DNA of 64,000 nucleotides from an uncultured Gammaproteobacteria bacterium (GCA_964654485.1 CAZZJI010000002.1:57702-121701), one strand, 5' to 3'; shown: positions 47,220-58,277, counted from the stretch's first letter. The notes: generated by a model from the sequence alone, not told the origin. Translations and numbers: made by a program.

Positions 47220-50200
47220 TTATTCAGATGCATCATGTATTTCACGGGTTAACAATCTTTTTGAGAATGAACCGTATAACACCGGTAATACAAACAGGGT
47301 AAGTAATGTAGACGATATCAATCCACCGACGACGACAGTCGCAAGTGGGCGCTGCACTTCAGATCCAACACCGGTTGCTAATAACATCGGGATCAAACCC
47401 AGCGCCGCAATAGACGCGGTCATCAGTACCGGGCGTAACCTTGATAACGCGCCTTCAAATACAGCATCAGTGACTGTATGAATACTGGGCTGTCGTTGGT
47501 TAATCGCATTTACCATGACAACACCATTTAACACCGCCACACCAAATAGCGCGATAAATCCAATAGAACCTGGCACTGACAGATATTGCCCGGTAAAAAA
47601 CAACGCAGCAATACCGCCAATTAACGCCAGTGGGACATTGAGCATAATTAACAAGGCCTGGCCGACGGAATCAAATGCGAAATAAAGCAATAAAAATATC
47701 AATGCGAGTGAAAGCGGGACGACAATCATGAGTCGGGCCTGCGCTCGCTGCTGATTTTCAAACTGGCCGCCAAATACGACGCTATAGCCGGGTGGTAAAT
47801 CGACCTTCTGCTGAATTTGTTGATCAATTTCCGCTACCAAACTGCCCATGTCTCGCCCTTCTACGTTAGATTGGATGACCACGCGCCGTTGCACATCATC
47901 GCGTCGAATTTGAGGAGGACCGGATTCAACGGCGACGCTGGCGATGTCGCGTAATTTTACCCAGGCACCACTTGGCGATTTAAGAATCAAGTCTTCAATA
48001 ACACTGACATTATTACGGTAGGATTTCGCTAAACGCACATAAATATCATAACGTTCATTGCCATTAATCACTTGCCCGGCGCTCTGCCCTCCGATGGCAT
48101 CCGATACCAGAGACATCACCTGATCTACCGGGATACCAAAACGCGCCAGGCGATCACGATCGGGCCGCACGACTAACTGTGCCTCACCGGCTATTTGTTC
48201 CATCGAAACGCCACGAGTGCCGTCAATGTTTTTGACTAATGTTTCGATTTCTTTACCTTTTGATGCAAGTACATCTAAATCAGGGCCAAATAACTTGATA
48301 GCCAGTTGCGCTTTTACCCCTGAAAGTAACTCATCCACACGTGTTGCAATAGGTTGTGAAAACGTAAACAGTAAGCCCGGAAATACAGACATTTTTTCTT
48401 CCATTAATTTCTGTATAGATATTCGATCCTTGGCCGACACCCAGTCATCAACCGGTTTTAAACCAACAAAAATCTCAATATTAGAAACAGGCTCAGGATC
48501 ACCCCCCACCTCAGCTCGCCCAATACGGCTGGAGGCATATAAGACTTCTGGAAATTCAAGCAACGTCGTTTCGAGTGTTTTGGCGACTGTTAATGCCGTA
48601 TCCAAACTGGATGAGGGCGCCAGTGTAACGCGGACATTAATGGTACCCTCTTCTAGCTCGGGAACAAATTCTGTGCCCAGCCAGGGGACCAATAATAACG
48701 AAGCAACAAATAACGTTAGTGCAATTGCTACAACAGAACGCCTTGCTTGTAATGCACGTTTTAGCGCTTTTCGATAAAACTTTTTAATTGGACGAAGCAA
48801 AGGGCTTTCACGATGTTTTACTCCCTTTTTAAAACAATAGGTCGCCAATGCTGGAATCACGACAAGCGCGACCATCAGCGAAGCAAACATCGACAATACG
48901 ATGGAAATTGCCATCGGTTGAAATAATTTTCCTTCTACACCTTCAAGTGAAAATAACGGGGCAAATACAATAATGATTATCATCACGGCAAAAAATACCG
49001 GCCGACCGACTTCGCGGGCCGACTGTTGAATTCTTAAGGCCATGCCATGACTGTCTTGAGCTGCATTAAAAGGATGCTTATCACCCGGTGCAACATTGGC
49101 CTGGATAAATTTACGATGCTCCTGGTCAGGCTGGGATAAGTGCTCGTAAATATGCTCCATCATGACAACGGAGCCATCCACCATCATACCAATCGCAATT
49201 GCAAGCCCCCCCAGCGACATGAGGTTAGCGGACACATCCCAGTAAGCCATAGCCATCAGCGCCAGTCCGACAGATATTGGTACCGATATCAGCACCAACA
49301 GTGAAGCCCGTAAATTCATTAAAAACAACAACAAAACCACCACAATTAACACAAAAGCCTCTAACAACGCTTTAGCCACTGTGTTTACCGCCTTATCAAC
49401 CAACTCAGATTGGTCATAAAAGGGTTCAATCACGACCCCATCGGGCAATGCGGCTTGGATAATGGGCAAACGTTGCTTGACACCATCAATCGTTGCCTTG
49501 GTATTTACACCCAGTCGTTTAAGAACAATGCCGACGACGACTTCACCCAGGTATTTAGGTTCACCTTGCGAGTCACGCAGCGTCATCGACACCGCGCCCT
49601 GGCGAATTTCGGCGCCAAACGCAACGTTTGCGACATCACGCACTCGCACCACTACACCATCTACATCTTTCAAAGAAACATTAGCGATATCACGTAAACC
49701 GTCTTCCCCGCTGCGTACCCAGCCCACACCACGAACCACCAACTGCTCTGCACCGCGGTCCATATACCAGCCGCCCGCATTGCGATTATTTGCTTCAATG
49801 GCCGCAGTTACCTCATCAGCAGAAATACCGTAAGACAATAGACTTTTCGGATCAAGCTGTACTTGATATTGACGCACATCCCCGCCAAAGGATAATACCT
49901 CAGTCACGCCATCAACCGGCATCAATAAAAGTTTGACTACCCAGTCATTCAAACCACGTAATGCCATGGTGTCATATTGGCTGGGTTCATCTGTGCGCAA
50001 CATGTATTGAAATACCTGGCCTAAACCAGATGTATTAGGGCCCATCTCCGGTACGCCGACTCCTTCAGGAATCTGTTCGCGAGCAGCTTGTAATCGTTCG
50101 AAAACAAGTTGGCGTGCAAAATAAATATCTGTTCCCTCTTTAAATACCACCGTGATACCGGACAAACCGGTTTTTGATATGGAACGCACTTCCTCTACAT

Positions 50201-50432
50201 CAGGCAAGCTATACATCACCGCTTCAATCGGATAGGTGATCAGTTGTTCAACTTCTTCCGCTGCCAGACCCTGGGCTTCTGTATTTATCGTCACCTGCAC
50301 ATTGGTCACATCAGGAAAGGCATCAAGGTTCAGGGTCGGCAGGATTAATACACCAACGACCACAGACGCCAGCAATGAAAGCACAACCAGCAAACGATTT
50401 GCCACGGAAAAATCAATAATATTATTCAGCAT
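47220..50432 (-). CDS. czcA: Heavy-metal efflux RND permease (CzcA/CusA family)
   Basis: 1070 aa with N-terminal MLNNIIDFSVANRLLV and the 12-TM RND architecture. Confidence 0.9.
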   Translation of the reverse strand: MLNNIIDFSVANRLLVVLSLLASVVVGVLILPTLNLDAFPDVTNVQVTINTEAQGLAAEEVEQLITYPIEAVMYSLPDVEEVRSISKTGLSGITVVFKEGTDIYFARQLVFERLQAAREQIPEGVGVPEMGPNTSGLGQVFQYMLRTDEPSQYDTMALRGLNDWVVKLLLMPVDGVTEVLSFGGDVRQYQVQLDPKSLLSYGISADEVTAAIEANNRNAGGWYMDRGAEQLVVRGVGWVRSGEDGLRDIANVSLKDVDGVVVRVRDVANVAFGAEIRQGAVSMTLRDSQGEPKYLGEVVVGIVLKRLGVNTKATIDGVKQRLPIIQAALPDGVVIEPFYDQSELVDKAVNTVAKALLEAFVLIVVVLLLFLMNLRASLLVLISVPISVGLALMAMAYWDVSANLMSLGGLAIAIGMMVDGSVVMMEHIYEHLSQPDQEHRKFIQANVAPGDKHPFNAAQDSHGMALRIQQSAREVGRPVFFAVMIIIIVFAPLFSLEGVEGKLFQPMAISIVLSMFASLMVALVVIPALATYCFKKGVKHRESPLLRPIKKFYRKALKRALQARRSVVAIALTLFVASLLLVPWLGTEFVPELEEGTINVRVTLAPSSSLDTALTVAKTLETTLLEFPEVLYASSRIGRAEVGGDPEPVSNIEIFVGLKPVDDWVSAKDRISIQKLMEEKMSVFPGLLFTFSQPIATRVDELLSGVKAQLAIKLFGPDLDVLASKGKEIETLVKNIDGTRGVSMEQIAGEAQLVVRPDRDRLARFGIPVDQVMSLVSDAIGGQSAGQVINGNERYDIYVRLAKSYRNNVSVIEDLILKSPSGAWVKLRDIASVAVESGPPQIRRDDVQRRVVIQSNVEGRDMGSLVAEIDQQIQQKVDLPPGYSVVFGGQFENQQRAQARLMIVVPLSLALIFLLLYFAFDSVGQALLIMLNVPLALIGGIAALFFTGQYLSVPGSIGFIALFGVAVLNGVVMVNAINQRQPSIHTVTDAVFEGALSRLRPVLMTASIAALGLIPMLLATGVGSEVQRPLATVVVGGLISSTLLTLFVLPVLYGSFSKRLLTREIHDASE

Positions 50433-50444
50433 GGTCTTACCTCA

Positions 50445-51710
50445 TTAGTGGTTGTGAATATCGAAGCCGCTTTTTGCAAGTTCCGACTGCAGGAAAAAAA
50501 CGCCCTGCGTGACAATGCGCGTTCCCGGTTTAATTCCTTCTACAACTACCGTGTCATTAACTGTACGCATAATTTTCACTTCCATTGGTTTATAATGCCC
50601 TGCTTCTAATTCAACAAAAACCACCCAATCCCCATCGGTACTGCGTATTGTCGCCTTTTCCGGAATCGTTATTGCCTCACTTTGTTTCGAGCTTAGGATA
50701 AAAGTATCGACAAATAAACCGGGGTGCAGTTTGTCATCCTCGTTGGGTACTTCAATCACGACGGCGAGTGTCCGCGTGCTTTCATCCAGTGTGTGATGTG
50801 CCTGAACCACTTTTCCTTGCAACCAGGTTTTACCCGCTAATACACGTGCAACAGCCCCTGTTTCGATTTTTGACCCGTCCTCCGGCGTGAGGCGCGCTTC
50901 TACCCATAATTGATTTTCATCGGTAATAACAAATAAAATGCGTCCCGGTTCAATAATCTCACCAACGATGAATTCATCCTTAATCACCGTGCCGTTTTGG
51001 GCTGCCAATAATTCAAATTCACCTGTAGCTTTTGACGCATCCTGCTGCTTCAATAAAGATTCTATTTGCGTTTTTGTCATACCGTAGGCTATGACCTTTG
51101 CATAAGCTTGTTGATAGGCGACTTGTGCTTCAATATAACGCCGTTCCGATACCACTTTTCGGCCCAGTTTTTTAACTCGCTTCCATTCACGATCAGAAAC
51201 CAGTAGTTGACCTTGTGCTTCAGCCATATCAACACTGGACAAGGTCACCAGTACTTGCCCTTGTCGGACATGTTGGCCCAAACGCGCGTGGCGCTTCACG
51301 ACTTGTGCGTCAATACGGGGCGTAACTTTTGTGGATCGATATGCATTAGCAACAACTTCACCTGGCGCTCTTATTTCTTCCGGAACACTATTGAATTTAA
51401 TTTCGGTTACGACAATCTGAGCTGTTTGTCGTTGCAGTGGATTCAATTCCACAGCGCCTTCGGCATGTTCATCTCCTTGTTTATTTTCACTACCGTGCCC
51501 ATGTTCGTCTTCTTTGTTATTCTCACTGCCGTGCCCGTGCTCGTCTTCTTGTTTATCCTCACTACCGTGCTCATGTTCTTCGTCATGTTTGTTTTCGCCA
51601 TCGTGCGCATCTTTATGTTGTTGCGGCTGATCATGATCTTCGACTACCCACGCACTTGTTGAAAACAATGAAAGCAGAATAGCCAGAATCAAGGTGTTTA
51701 ATTTTTTCAT
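50445..51710 (-). CDS. czcB: RND periplasmic adaptor (CzcB family) with His-rich N-terminal repeat region
   Basis: Membrane-fusion-protein core, plus N-terminal (EDEHGHGSENxx)n His-rich repeats. Confidence 0.85.
   Translation of the reverse strand: MKKLNTLILAILLSLFSTSAWVVEDHDQPQQHKDAHDGENKHDEEHEHGSEDKQEDEHGHGSENNKEDEHGHGSENKQGDEHAEGAVELNPLQRQTAQIVVTEIKFNSVPEEIRAPGEVVANAYRSTKVTPRIDAQVVKRHARLGQHVRQGQVLVTLSSVDMAEAQGQLLVSDREWKRVKKLGRKVVSERRYIEAQVAYQQAYAKVIAYGMTKTQIESLLKQQDASKATGEFELLAAQNGTVIKDEFIVGEIIEPGRILFVITDENQLWVEARLTPEDGSKIETGAVARVLAGKTWLQGKVVQAHHTLDESTRTLAVVIEVPNEDDKLHPGLFVDTFILSSKQSEAITIPEKATIRSTDGDWVVFVELEAGHYKPMEVKIMRTVNDTVVVEGIKPGTRIVTQGVFFLQSELAKSGFDIHNH
51470..51640 (-). repeat. In-frame tandem 36-nt repeats encoding His-rich (EDEHGHGSENxx) units in czcB
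   Basis: Protein shows HDEEHEHGSEDKQEDEHGHGSENNKEDEHGHGSENKQGDEH. The DNA shows near-identical units (…ctcactgccgtgcccgtgctcgtcttc…) repeated 3-4 times. Confidence 0.7.
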
Positions 51711-51737
51711 TTTAATTCTCCAAAAACGGGATGGACT

Positions 51738-53006
51738 TCATTTTGTATTTGCAAGCCATTTTGTTACTGATCCTGTTGCGACAAGCCAATCTATCCATGC
51801 TTGCCACACATCGCCTTTTAATTTCACGCCACTGAGTTGGATATCCAGCGTTTGTTGTACTTGGATAAGGTATTGCGTGGTACTGATCTCCCCCGTTTCC
51901 CAAAGTCTTTCCAAATTTTTCAGATGATTGCTCAATGCTTTTTTCCCTGTTTGACTCCACAATTGCATCGCGTCAGACATCACAATATACTGGTTTTTTG
52001 TTGCCTCAATACGCCCCAGTATCTGCCGGTAAATATTTTGCGCTTGCTGTTCTTCTTTAACTGCTTCTTGGCTTGATGCTGTCACATCGCTACGAAAATT
52101 GTTTCGAACTTGTACAGGTATTGAAAAACGAAGGGCCACCAAGGTATCGTCATCCTCAGTGCCTGCAGTGACACCAATGCTTGGATCAGCACGACGATCC
52201 TGTTTTGTTACACGGATACGGGCTTTAGAAGCTTTAACTTTTAATTGCGCAGCCACAACCAATGGATTTTCTGCAGCAAGCATTTCTACATCAATATTTT
52301 TCGATATGCTTGTCGGCAAATTGGCAGGAAAAGGTAGAGAAGGATCAACATCAACACCTGTTAAAATCTTAAAGTCACCTGATGCATTTATTAAATTTGC
52401 AGTAAATTCCGCATTTTTAATAATCGCCCCAGTCAGCGTGAGTTGCGCCGTATCAACTTCAACCTGGCCGATATCCCCGGCAACTTGACGACGTTTAACC
52501 AACTGGACAAATCGATCCATCAATTGCACTTGACTTTTTGTTAAATCATTCATATCCCGGCGACTTAAATACCGGACTATCACTGCTACAAGCTCTCCCG
52601 TCACTTGTTCTTTCACCGAAAACAAGTTTGCTTCAGCGGTTTGTAATAAAAACTCTGCTTCGTCATAACGCGCAGATCGTTTATCGTACCAATCGATCGT
52701 TTGTGTTATTCCCAATGTATAGGTAGAAACACCGGCGTCTTCGGCTTCAATTTCTAACTCAGGGTTATAGAGTGGTTTTTCACTGCCTTCGACGCGCGCT
52801 TTCGCAATATCGACGTCCGCCTGGGCTGATAGAATTGCAGGATGTTCCAACAACATGCCTTCAACAAAGGTCAGTAATTCACCTGATTCGTGAGTATTGT
52901 TTTCTTTAATAACGGGGTTTTCTATATTTGTTGCATTAGCTATTCCTGAAATAGCAAAGAACATACCAGTGCACACACTCAGGATAACAAAAGTTTTCGA
53001 TAACAT
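51738..53006 (-). CDS. czcC: Outer-membrane efflux factor (CzcC/TolC family)
   Basis: Signal peptide and the duplicated coiled-coil / beta-barrel OEP pattern; 422 aa. Confidence 0.75.
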   Translation of the reverse strand: MLSKTFVILSVCTGMFFAISGIANATNIENPVIKENNTHESGELLTFVEGMLLEHPAILSAQADVDIAKARVEGSEKPLYNPELEIEAEDAGVSTYTLGITQTIDWYDKRSARYDEAEFLLQTAEANLFSVKEQVTGELVAVIVRYLSRRDMNDLTKSQVQLMDRFVQLVKRRQVAGDIGQVEVDTAQLTLTGAIIKNAEFTANLINASGDFKILTGVDVDPSLPFPANLPTSISKNIDVEMLAAENPLVVAAQLKVKASKARIRVTKQDRRADPSIGVTAGTEDDDTLVALRFSIPVQVRNNFRSDVTASSQEAVKEEQQAQNIYRQILGRIEATKNQYIVMSDAMQLWSQTGKKALSNHLKNLERLWETGEISTTQYLIQVQQTLDIQLSGVKLKGDVWQAWIDWLVATGSVTKWLANTK

Positions 53007-53084
53007 AACGGTAATCCATAATCATTTATTCATGATAAAACATCGCGCAAACTGCGCAATGCGCTAACTAAGCAGATAAAAAGA

Positions 53085-53390
53085 TTATGAGGTCGGGGGG
53101 GGTGTGGGAGGTGTTATGATAAGAGAATAAAAACGATTTACAGAATATGATGAGGCACTGTGTCGAGGTATATAAAATACCTCTTTAGATAAACTGAATA
53201 GCCCCGTCATATGCGCTGTGGCATGGCAACAGTGGTCATCTAATATATCATCAGATTGATCGAGAGAGTCTATATCTAAAAATACTTCACTGGTATGGCC
53301 AAAAAATGCTTCACTATGACTGTCTGACGACCACGCTAAGCCACTGGAAAGAATAGCGAAAATTAAAAATTGTATAGTGGCGTGTTTCAT
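53085..53390 (-). CDS. Small secreted protein at the head of the czc operon (CzcI-like, putative metal-binding)
   Basis: Signal peptide MKHATIQFLIFAILSSGLAWSS, an HCCHATAH motif and a Pro-rich tail. It lies immediately upstream of czcC. Confidence 0.4.
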   Translation of the reverse strand: MKHATIQFLIFAILSSGLAWSSDSHSEAFFGHTSEVFLDIDSLDQSDDILDDHCCHATAHMTGLFSLSKEVFYIPRHSASSYSVNRFYSLIITPPTPPPTS

Positions 53391-53568
53391 AATAAGCAGA
53401 TAATGCACGTTTTTGATGAGTAATATCAAGTTATTTTTAGATTTATCGTCCAATCAATGTATAACTTTATGATTTGTATAAAAAATATTTGCCGTACGTA
53501 GTGCAAATATAAATCCCATGCCTAATTGTGAGTATGAAATTGCAGTAAAGTTTCAAAAAGCGTATCGA

Positions 53569-54261
53569 TTATTGCTCCACAGGCAATCCAGCCAGCTTCC
53601 ATTCAGGATAACCATCTTCAAGACGCCTTGCCTTAAAGCCGTTTTTTCTAAGCCGCGCCACCGCGTTGAATGCCAGAATGCAATGCGGTCCTCGACAGTA
53701 AGCAACAATTTCCTGATCAGTATCCAGGTCCTTTAGATGGTTTTCCAATTCTGATAAAGGAATATTCACCGCGCCGGGCACATGACCTGCGGCGTATTCT
53801 TGCGACGGACGCACGTCGATAACGGTAACTAATCCTGCACGGGCGCGCTTCAGTAATTCCTCACGTGGAATCGGTTCGAATTGATCTTTTACCGTTAAAA
53901 AAGTAGCGATAAGACGATCTACGTCTGCAAGATTTTCTTCAGCGACCTGACGCAATACTTTCAACAACATCACCACTTTGTCACCAGCGAGCTGATAAAA
54001 TACATGCTGTCCTACCTTGCGTGTTGTCACCAGACTGACTTGGCGCAGTTGCTGCAGGTGTTGGGAGGTATTGGCGGTGGATAGCCCGGATAAGTCAGCT
54101 AGTTCTTCGACATTACGCTCCCCTTGGGCGAGAAACTCCAGTAATTCCAATCGATTACCGTTACTTAACGCCTTGCCAATGCGGGCGAACTGGGTAAATA
54201 GATCCTGTTTAAATGTGTTTTTGCTTGACATTCGTGTCTTTTTTAATAAAATAATATTCAA
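53569..54261 (-). CDS. ArsR/SmtB-family HTH regulator fused to a rhodanese domain
   Basis: ArsR winged helix (…LELLEFLAQGERNVEELADLSGLSTANTSQHLQQL…) plus a rhodanese domain with the active-site loop AYCRGPHC. Confidence 0.8.
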   Translation of the reverse strand: MNIILLKKTRMSSKNTFKQDLFTQFARIGKALSNGNRLELLEFLAQGERNVEELADLSGLSTANTSQHLQQLRQVSLVTTRKVGQHVFYQLAGDKVVMLLKVLRQVAEENLADVDRLIATFLTVKDQFEPIPREELLKRARAGLVTVIDVRPSQEYAAGHVPGAVNIPLSELENHLKDLDTDQEIVAYCRGPHCILAFNAVARLRKNGFKARRLEDGYPEWKLAGLPVEQ

Positions 54262-54345
54262 TATATTAATTGAATAATTGATTTTGTCAATTCAATTTGT
54301 TTATTTTTTACGTATTAATCCTGCGGTATCTTAAATATTATTTTA

Positions 54346-55269
54346 TTGAAAAGGGCCACTCAAGAAAGGTTTAATAATATGAATTTTAGCGAATTAATCA
54401 TGAATAATGAGATCACTGTTCGGCTCAGCTTCTTTTTCGGTATTTTTGCCGTCATGGCCATTTGGGAAGTCGTTGCACCATGCCGTGCGTTAACGGTATC
54501 CAAAATCGTTCGTTGGACCAATAACCTGGGAATCGTTTTTCTCAACAGTGTTGTTTTGCGTCTACTCTTTCCAGCAGCTGCAGTCGGTGTGGCGGCGTTT
54601 GCAGCCGAACACGGTTGGGGAATATTTAACTATATTCAATTACCCTATCTCATCGCCATGCTGCTTTCTGTCATCATTTTAGATTTTATAATTTATTTAC
54701 AGCATGTATTGGTCCATGCGGTACCCGCCTTGTGGCGCTTGCATCGGGTACATCATGCTGATCTGGATTTCGATGTGACGACGGGGGCGCGTTTTCATAC
54801 TCTCGAAATCATTCTCTCTATGCTCATCAAGTTCGCCACTATCATTGTGCTTGGTCCGCCTGTTGTCGCCGTCGTGATTTTTGAAATTCTGCTTAACGCT
54901 ACCGCGATGTTTAATCACAGCAACGTACGCCTTCCGCTAACACTTGATCGCATATTACGCCGTTTCGTGGTCACGCCAGACATGCACCGAGTGCATCATT
55001 CTGTGGAAGACGATGAAGCGAACAGTAACTTTGGCTTCAACCTACCCTGGTGGGATCGATTATTCGGAACCTATCGCGCCCAGCCTCGCGGTGGCCATGA
55101 AGGAATGATCATTGGCATCCATAAATACCGTAATCCGAAACAAGTATCCTGGCTACCGGGTATGCTTGCGTTACCTTTTACGGGTAGGATAACGGATTAT
55201 GCTATTAATCGTCGCCAGTGGAACACTGATGACAGGAAAAAATATGATGAAAGTAAAAATGATGCATAA
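54346..55269 (+). CDS. Fatty-acid hydroxylase/sterol-desaturase-superfamily membrane protein
   Basis: His boxes HVLVH, HRVHHAD and HRVHHS, with several TM helices. Confidence 0.75.
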   Translation: MKRATQERFNNMNFSELIMNNEITVRLSFFFGIFAVMAIWEVVAPCRALTVSKIVRWTNNLGIVFLNSVVLRLLFPAAAVGVAAFAAEHGWGIFNYIQLPYLIAMLLSVIILDFIIYLQHVLVHAVPALWRLHRVHHADLDFDVTTGARFHTLEIILSMLIKFATIIVLGPPVVAVVIFEILLNATAMFNHSNVRLPLTLDRILRRFVVTPDMHRVHHSVEDDEANSNFGFNLPWWDRLFGTYRAQPRGGHEGMIIGIHKYRNPKQVSWLPGMLALPFTGRITDYAINRRQWNTDDRKKYDESKNDA

Positions 55270-55344
55270 TAAACTGCTACGCTCGGCATTACTCGCAATA
55301 TTGGCAACGGGCATTGCGATTGCGGGCGGATATGCAGCACGCAC

Positions 55345-55381
55345 CTAGTACACCGTCAAGGCTATTTTGACGGTGTACTAG
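55345..55381. terminator. Perfect 15-bp inverted repeat hairpin (putative bidirectional terminator/protein-binding palindrome)
   Basis: CTAGTACACCGTCAA-ggctatt-TTGACGGTGTACTAG, located between two convergent genes. There is no strong U-tract. Confidence 0.5.
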
Positions 55382-55446
55382 TAACCACCTTGACGGAATA
55401 CTCGCTCGGGAGCTAGCAGATAAAATGGAAAATTGTTATAAATTTA

Positions 55447-57366
55447 TTAGTTTGAAAGATATTTTTCCTTAATCTTAGCAATAACAACATCTGCCGCATC
55501 TTCAGCTTTCATATCCGCCATATGCAAATGAATCTCTGCCGCTTCCGGTTCTTCGTAAGGACTATCAAATCCTGTAAAATTTTTGATTTCGCCATTTCTT
55601 GCTTTTTTATAAAGCCCTTTTGGATCGCGTTGCTCACAAATTTCAAGCGGCGTATCAACAAAAACTTCAATAAATTCATGTTCCCCCAACATATCTCGAA
55701 CCATGCGTCGTTCAGCGCGAAAAGGCGAAATAAAAGCCGTTAAAACAATCAACCCGGCATCCACCATTAATTTTGCAACCTCTCCCACTCGACGAATATT
55801 TTCTACTCGGTCTGCTTCAACAAAACCTAAATCTATACTGAGTCCGTGCCTAACGTTATCACCGTCCAATAGATAGGTATGCTTACCCAAAAGATATAAT
55901 TTTTTCTCGATTAAATTAGCAATGGTAGATTTGCCAGACGCACTAAGTCCAGTAAACCAAAGTACCACAGGTTTTTGACGTTTTTGCTCGGAACGGGCTA
56001 ACTGATGCACATCGACCGCTTGCCAATGAATATTTGTGGCTCGACGCAGGCCGAAATCAATCATGCCAGCAGCAACCGTAGCGTTGCTAATTTTATCAAT
56101 CATGATAAATGACCCTAATGCCGGAATATCCCGGTAAGGATCAAAAACAATGGCATCATCAAGACTAAAATTGCAAACGCCTACCTCATTCAATTCCAGT
56201 ACTTTACCAGCTTCATGCTCCAGCGAATTGACATTCACTTTATATCTTAACTCTGTCACTTCGCCAATTATTGTTTTATTAGTTGTTTTAATAAGATAAG
56301 GTCGGCCTGGCAACAGAGGCTTATCGTGCAACCAAATCAAATGAGCCTGAAACTGATCAGTTGTTTCCGGTCTATGATCAAGCCCAGTAATCACATCGCC
56401 ACGGGAGATATCAATTTCATCTTCTAGAGTGATAGTGACAGCTTGATCCGCAACAGCTGATTTCAGTTCGCCATCATAAGTCACAATCGATTTTACTTTG
56501 CTGGTTTTTGCACTTGGCAAGGCGATAACCACATCACCCGGCTTCACCACACCGGATGAAATCGTGCCTGAAAATCCTCGAAAATCTAGATTAGGCCGAT
56601 TTACCCACTGAACTGGCATCCGCAAAGGTGTTGCATCTGTTTGCTTTGAGACATCAATTGTTTCTAATTCTGTCATCAGTGTCAGACCGTCATACCAGTC
56701 CATATTATTACCCGAGTCCGTAATATTATCTCCCTTAAGAGCTGACATCGGCACACAAGTTATACTTGAAAAATTCAAGTTTGCAGCAAATGATCGATAT
56801 TCTTCTTCTATTTCCCGGTAAGTTTTTTCAGAATAATTGACTAAGTCCATTTTATTAATCGCCACAATAACATGGCGAATACCAAGCAAGCTCACGATGT
56901 AACTGTGTCGCCGCGTCTGGGTTAACATACCCTGGCGAGCATCAATCAGAATAACAGCCAAATCTGCCGATGAAGCCCCTGTTGCCATGTTACGGGTATA
57001 CTGCTCATGACCCGGTGTATCAGCAACAATGAATTTGCGTTTTTCGGTAGAAAAAAAGCGAAAGGCGACATCAATTGTAATACCCTGCTCACGTTCTGCC
57101 GCGAGTCCGTCCACCAACAAAGCAAAGTCGAGATCTCCACCTTGAGTTCCAACCTTTTTGCTATCATTTTCAAGGGTTGCTAACTGATCTTCAAATATCA
57201 ATTTTGAATCATAGAGAAGACGACCAATAAGAGTCGATTTACCATCATCCACGCTACCACAGGTAATAAACCGCAAAAAACTTTTGTGCTCCTGCTCTTT
57301 TAAATACCCTTCAATATCTTCTGAGATTTTTTCGGATTGCTGAACTTCGTATGATTTATTTGACAT
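55447..57366 (-). CDS. cysNC: Bifunctional sulfate adenylyltransferase subunit 1 / APS kinase (CysN-CysC fusion)
   Basis: GTPase G1 [16 protein letters not shown], then the C-terminal APS-kinase P-loop GLSASGKST; 639 aa. Confidence 0.9.
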   Translation of the reverse strand: MSNKSYEVQQSEKISEDIEGYLKEQEHKSFLRFITCGSVDDGKSTLIGRLLYDSKLIFEDQLATLENDSKKVGTQGGDLDFALLVDGLAAEREQGITIDVAFRFFSTEKRKFIVADTPGHEQYTRNMATGASSADLAVILIDARQGMLTQTRRHSYIVSLLGIRHVIVAINKMDLVNYSEKTYREIEEEYRSFAANLNFSSITCVPMSALKGDNITDSGNNMDWYDGLTLMTELETIDVSKQTDATPLRMPVQWVNRPNLDFRGFSGTISSGVVKPGDVVIALPSAKTSKVKSIVTYDGELKSAVADQAVTITLEDEIDISRGDVITGLDHRPETTDQFQAHLIWLHDKPLLPGRPYLIKTTNKTIIGEVTELRYKVNVNSLEHEAGKVLELNEVGVCNFSLDDAIVFDPYRDIPALGSFIMIDKISNATVAAGMIDFGLRRATNIHWQAVDVHQLARSEQKRQKPVVLWFTGLSASGKSTIANLIEKKLYLLGKHTYLLDGDNVRHGLSIDLGFVEADRVENIRRVGEVAKLMVDAGLIVLTAFISPFRAERRMVRDMLGEHEFIEVFVDTPLEICEQRDPKGLYKKARNGEIKNFTGFDSPYEEPEAAEIHLHMADMKAEDAADVVIAKIKEKYLSN

Positions 57367-58277
57367 TAGAAATAACCCTCCTGTTTTTTCTGTTCCATGG
57401 AGGCATTACTGTCTTTATCAATCGCCCTTCCTTCTCGTTCAGATGTTTTTGTCAATAGCATTTCCTGAATTATTTTAGTTAACGTAGTCGCAGTCGATTC
57501 AATAGCGCCTGTTAGTGGATAACATCCCAGCGTTCGAAACCGCACCATTTTTATTTGCGGCTCTTCACCCTGTTGTAAGGGCATACGATCATCATCGACC
57601 ATCACCAGCATGCCATCCCGCTCAACCACCGGGCGCTCCTTAGCCAAATACAATGGTACAATTGGAATGTTTTCCAGATAGATATATTGCCAAATATCCA
57701 ATTCAGTCCAGTTGGAGAGTGGAAAAACCCGCATACTTTCGCCTTTTTGTATCCGGTTGTTATAAATATTCCACAACTCTGGCCGCTGATTTTTGGGGTC
57801 CCAGCGATGCTGAGCTGAACGAAAAGAAAAAATACGCTCTTTGGCACGAGATTTTTCCTCATCGCGTCGCGCTCCGCCAAAAGCCGCATCAAAATTATAT
57901 TTATCAAGTGCTTGCTTTAAGCCTTGCGTTTTCATTACGTCTGTATGGACGGCAGACCCATGAGTGAATGGACTCATCTTCATCTCCACACCTTCTTGAT
58001 TGATATGGACGATCAGATCCAAACCATTATCAGCAGCAAACTGCTCTCGAAATGCGATCATCTCGCGAAACTTCCAGGTAGTATCTATGTGCATGATTGG
58101 AAAGGGAAGTTTTGACGGATAGAAGGCCTTCATGGCCAAATGCAACATCACGCTACTGTCCTTTCCAATGGAATAAAGCATTACTGGGTTTTCACAAGTT
58201 GCGGCAACTTCACGCATAATATGAATTGATTCTGTTTCAAGGCGTTGAAGGTGGGTCAGTGTGGTCATAGAAAACAC
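57366..58277 (-). CDS. cysD: Sulfate adenylyltransferase subunit 2
   Basis: PAPS-reductase-like fold with [15 protein letters not shown] (SGGKDS-type PP-loop); 303 aa. Confidence 0.9.
   Translation of the reverse strand: MFSMTTLTHLQRLETESIHIMREVAATCENPVMLYSIGKDSSVMLHLAMKAFYPSKLPFPIMHIDTTWKFREMIAFREQFAADNGLDLIVHINQEGVEMKMSPFTHGSAVHTDVMKTQGLKQALDKYNFDAAFGGARRDEEKSRAKERIFSFRSAQHRWDPKNQRPELWNIYNNRIQKGESMRVFPLSNWTELDIWQYIYLENIPIVPLYLAKERPVVERDGMLVMVDDDRMPLQQGEEPQIKMVRFRTLGCYPLTGAIESTATTLTKIIQEMLLTKTSEREGRAIDKDSNASMEQKKQEGYF

Noticed and set aside
48217-49833. Plus-strand ORFs (186, 95 and 123 aa) within czcA
   Set aside because: Antisense shadow ORFs with Ser/Thr/Pro-rich composition; the minus-strand RND permease is unambiguous.
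51207-51682. Plus-strand ORFs across the czcB His-rich repeat
   Set aside because: Artefact of the repetitive His/Glu codon array read on the opposite strand.
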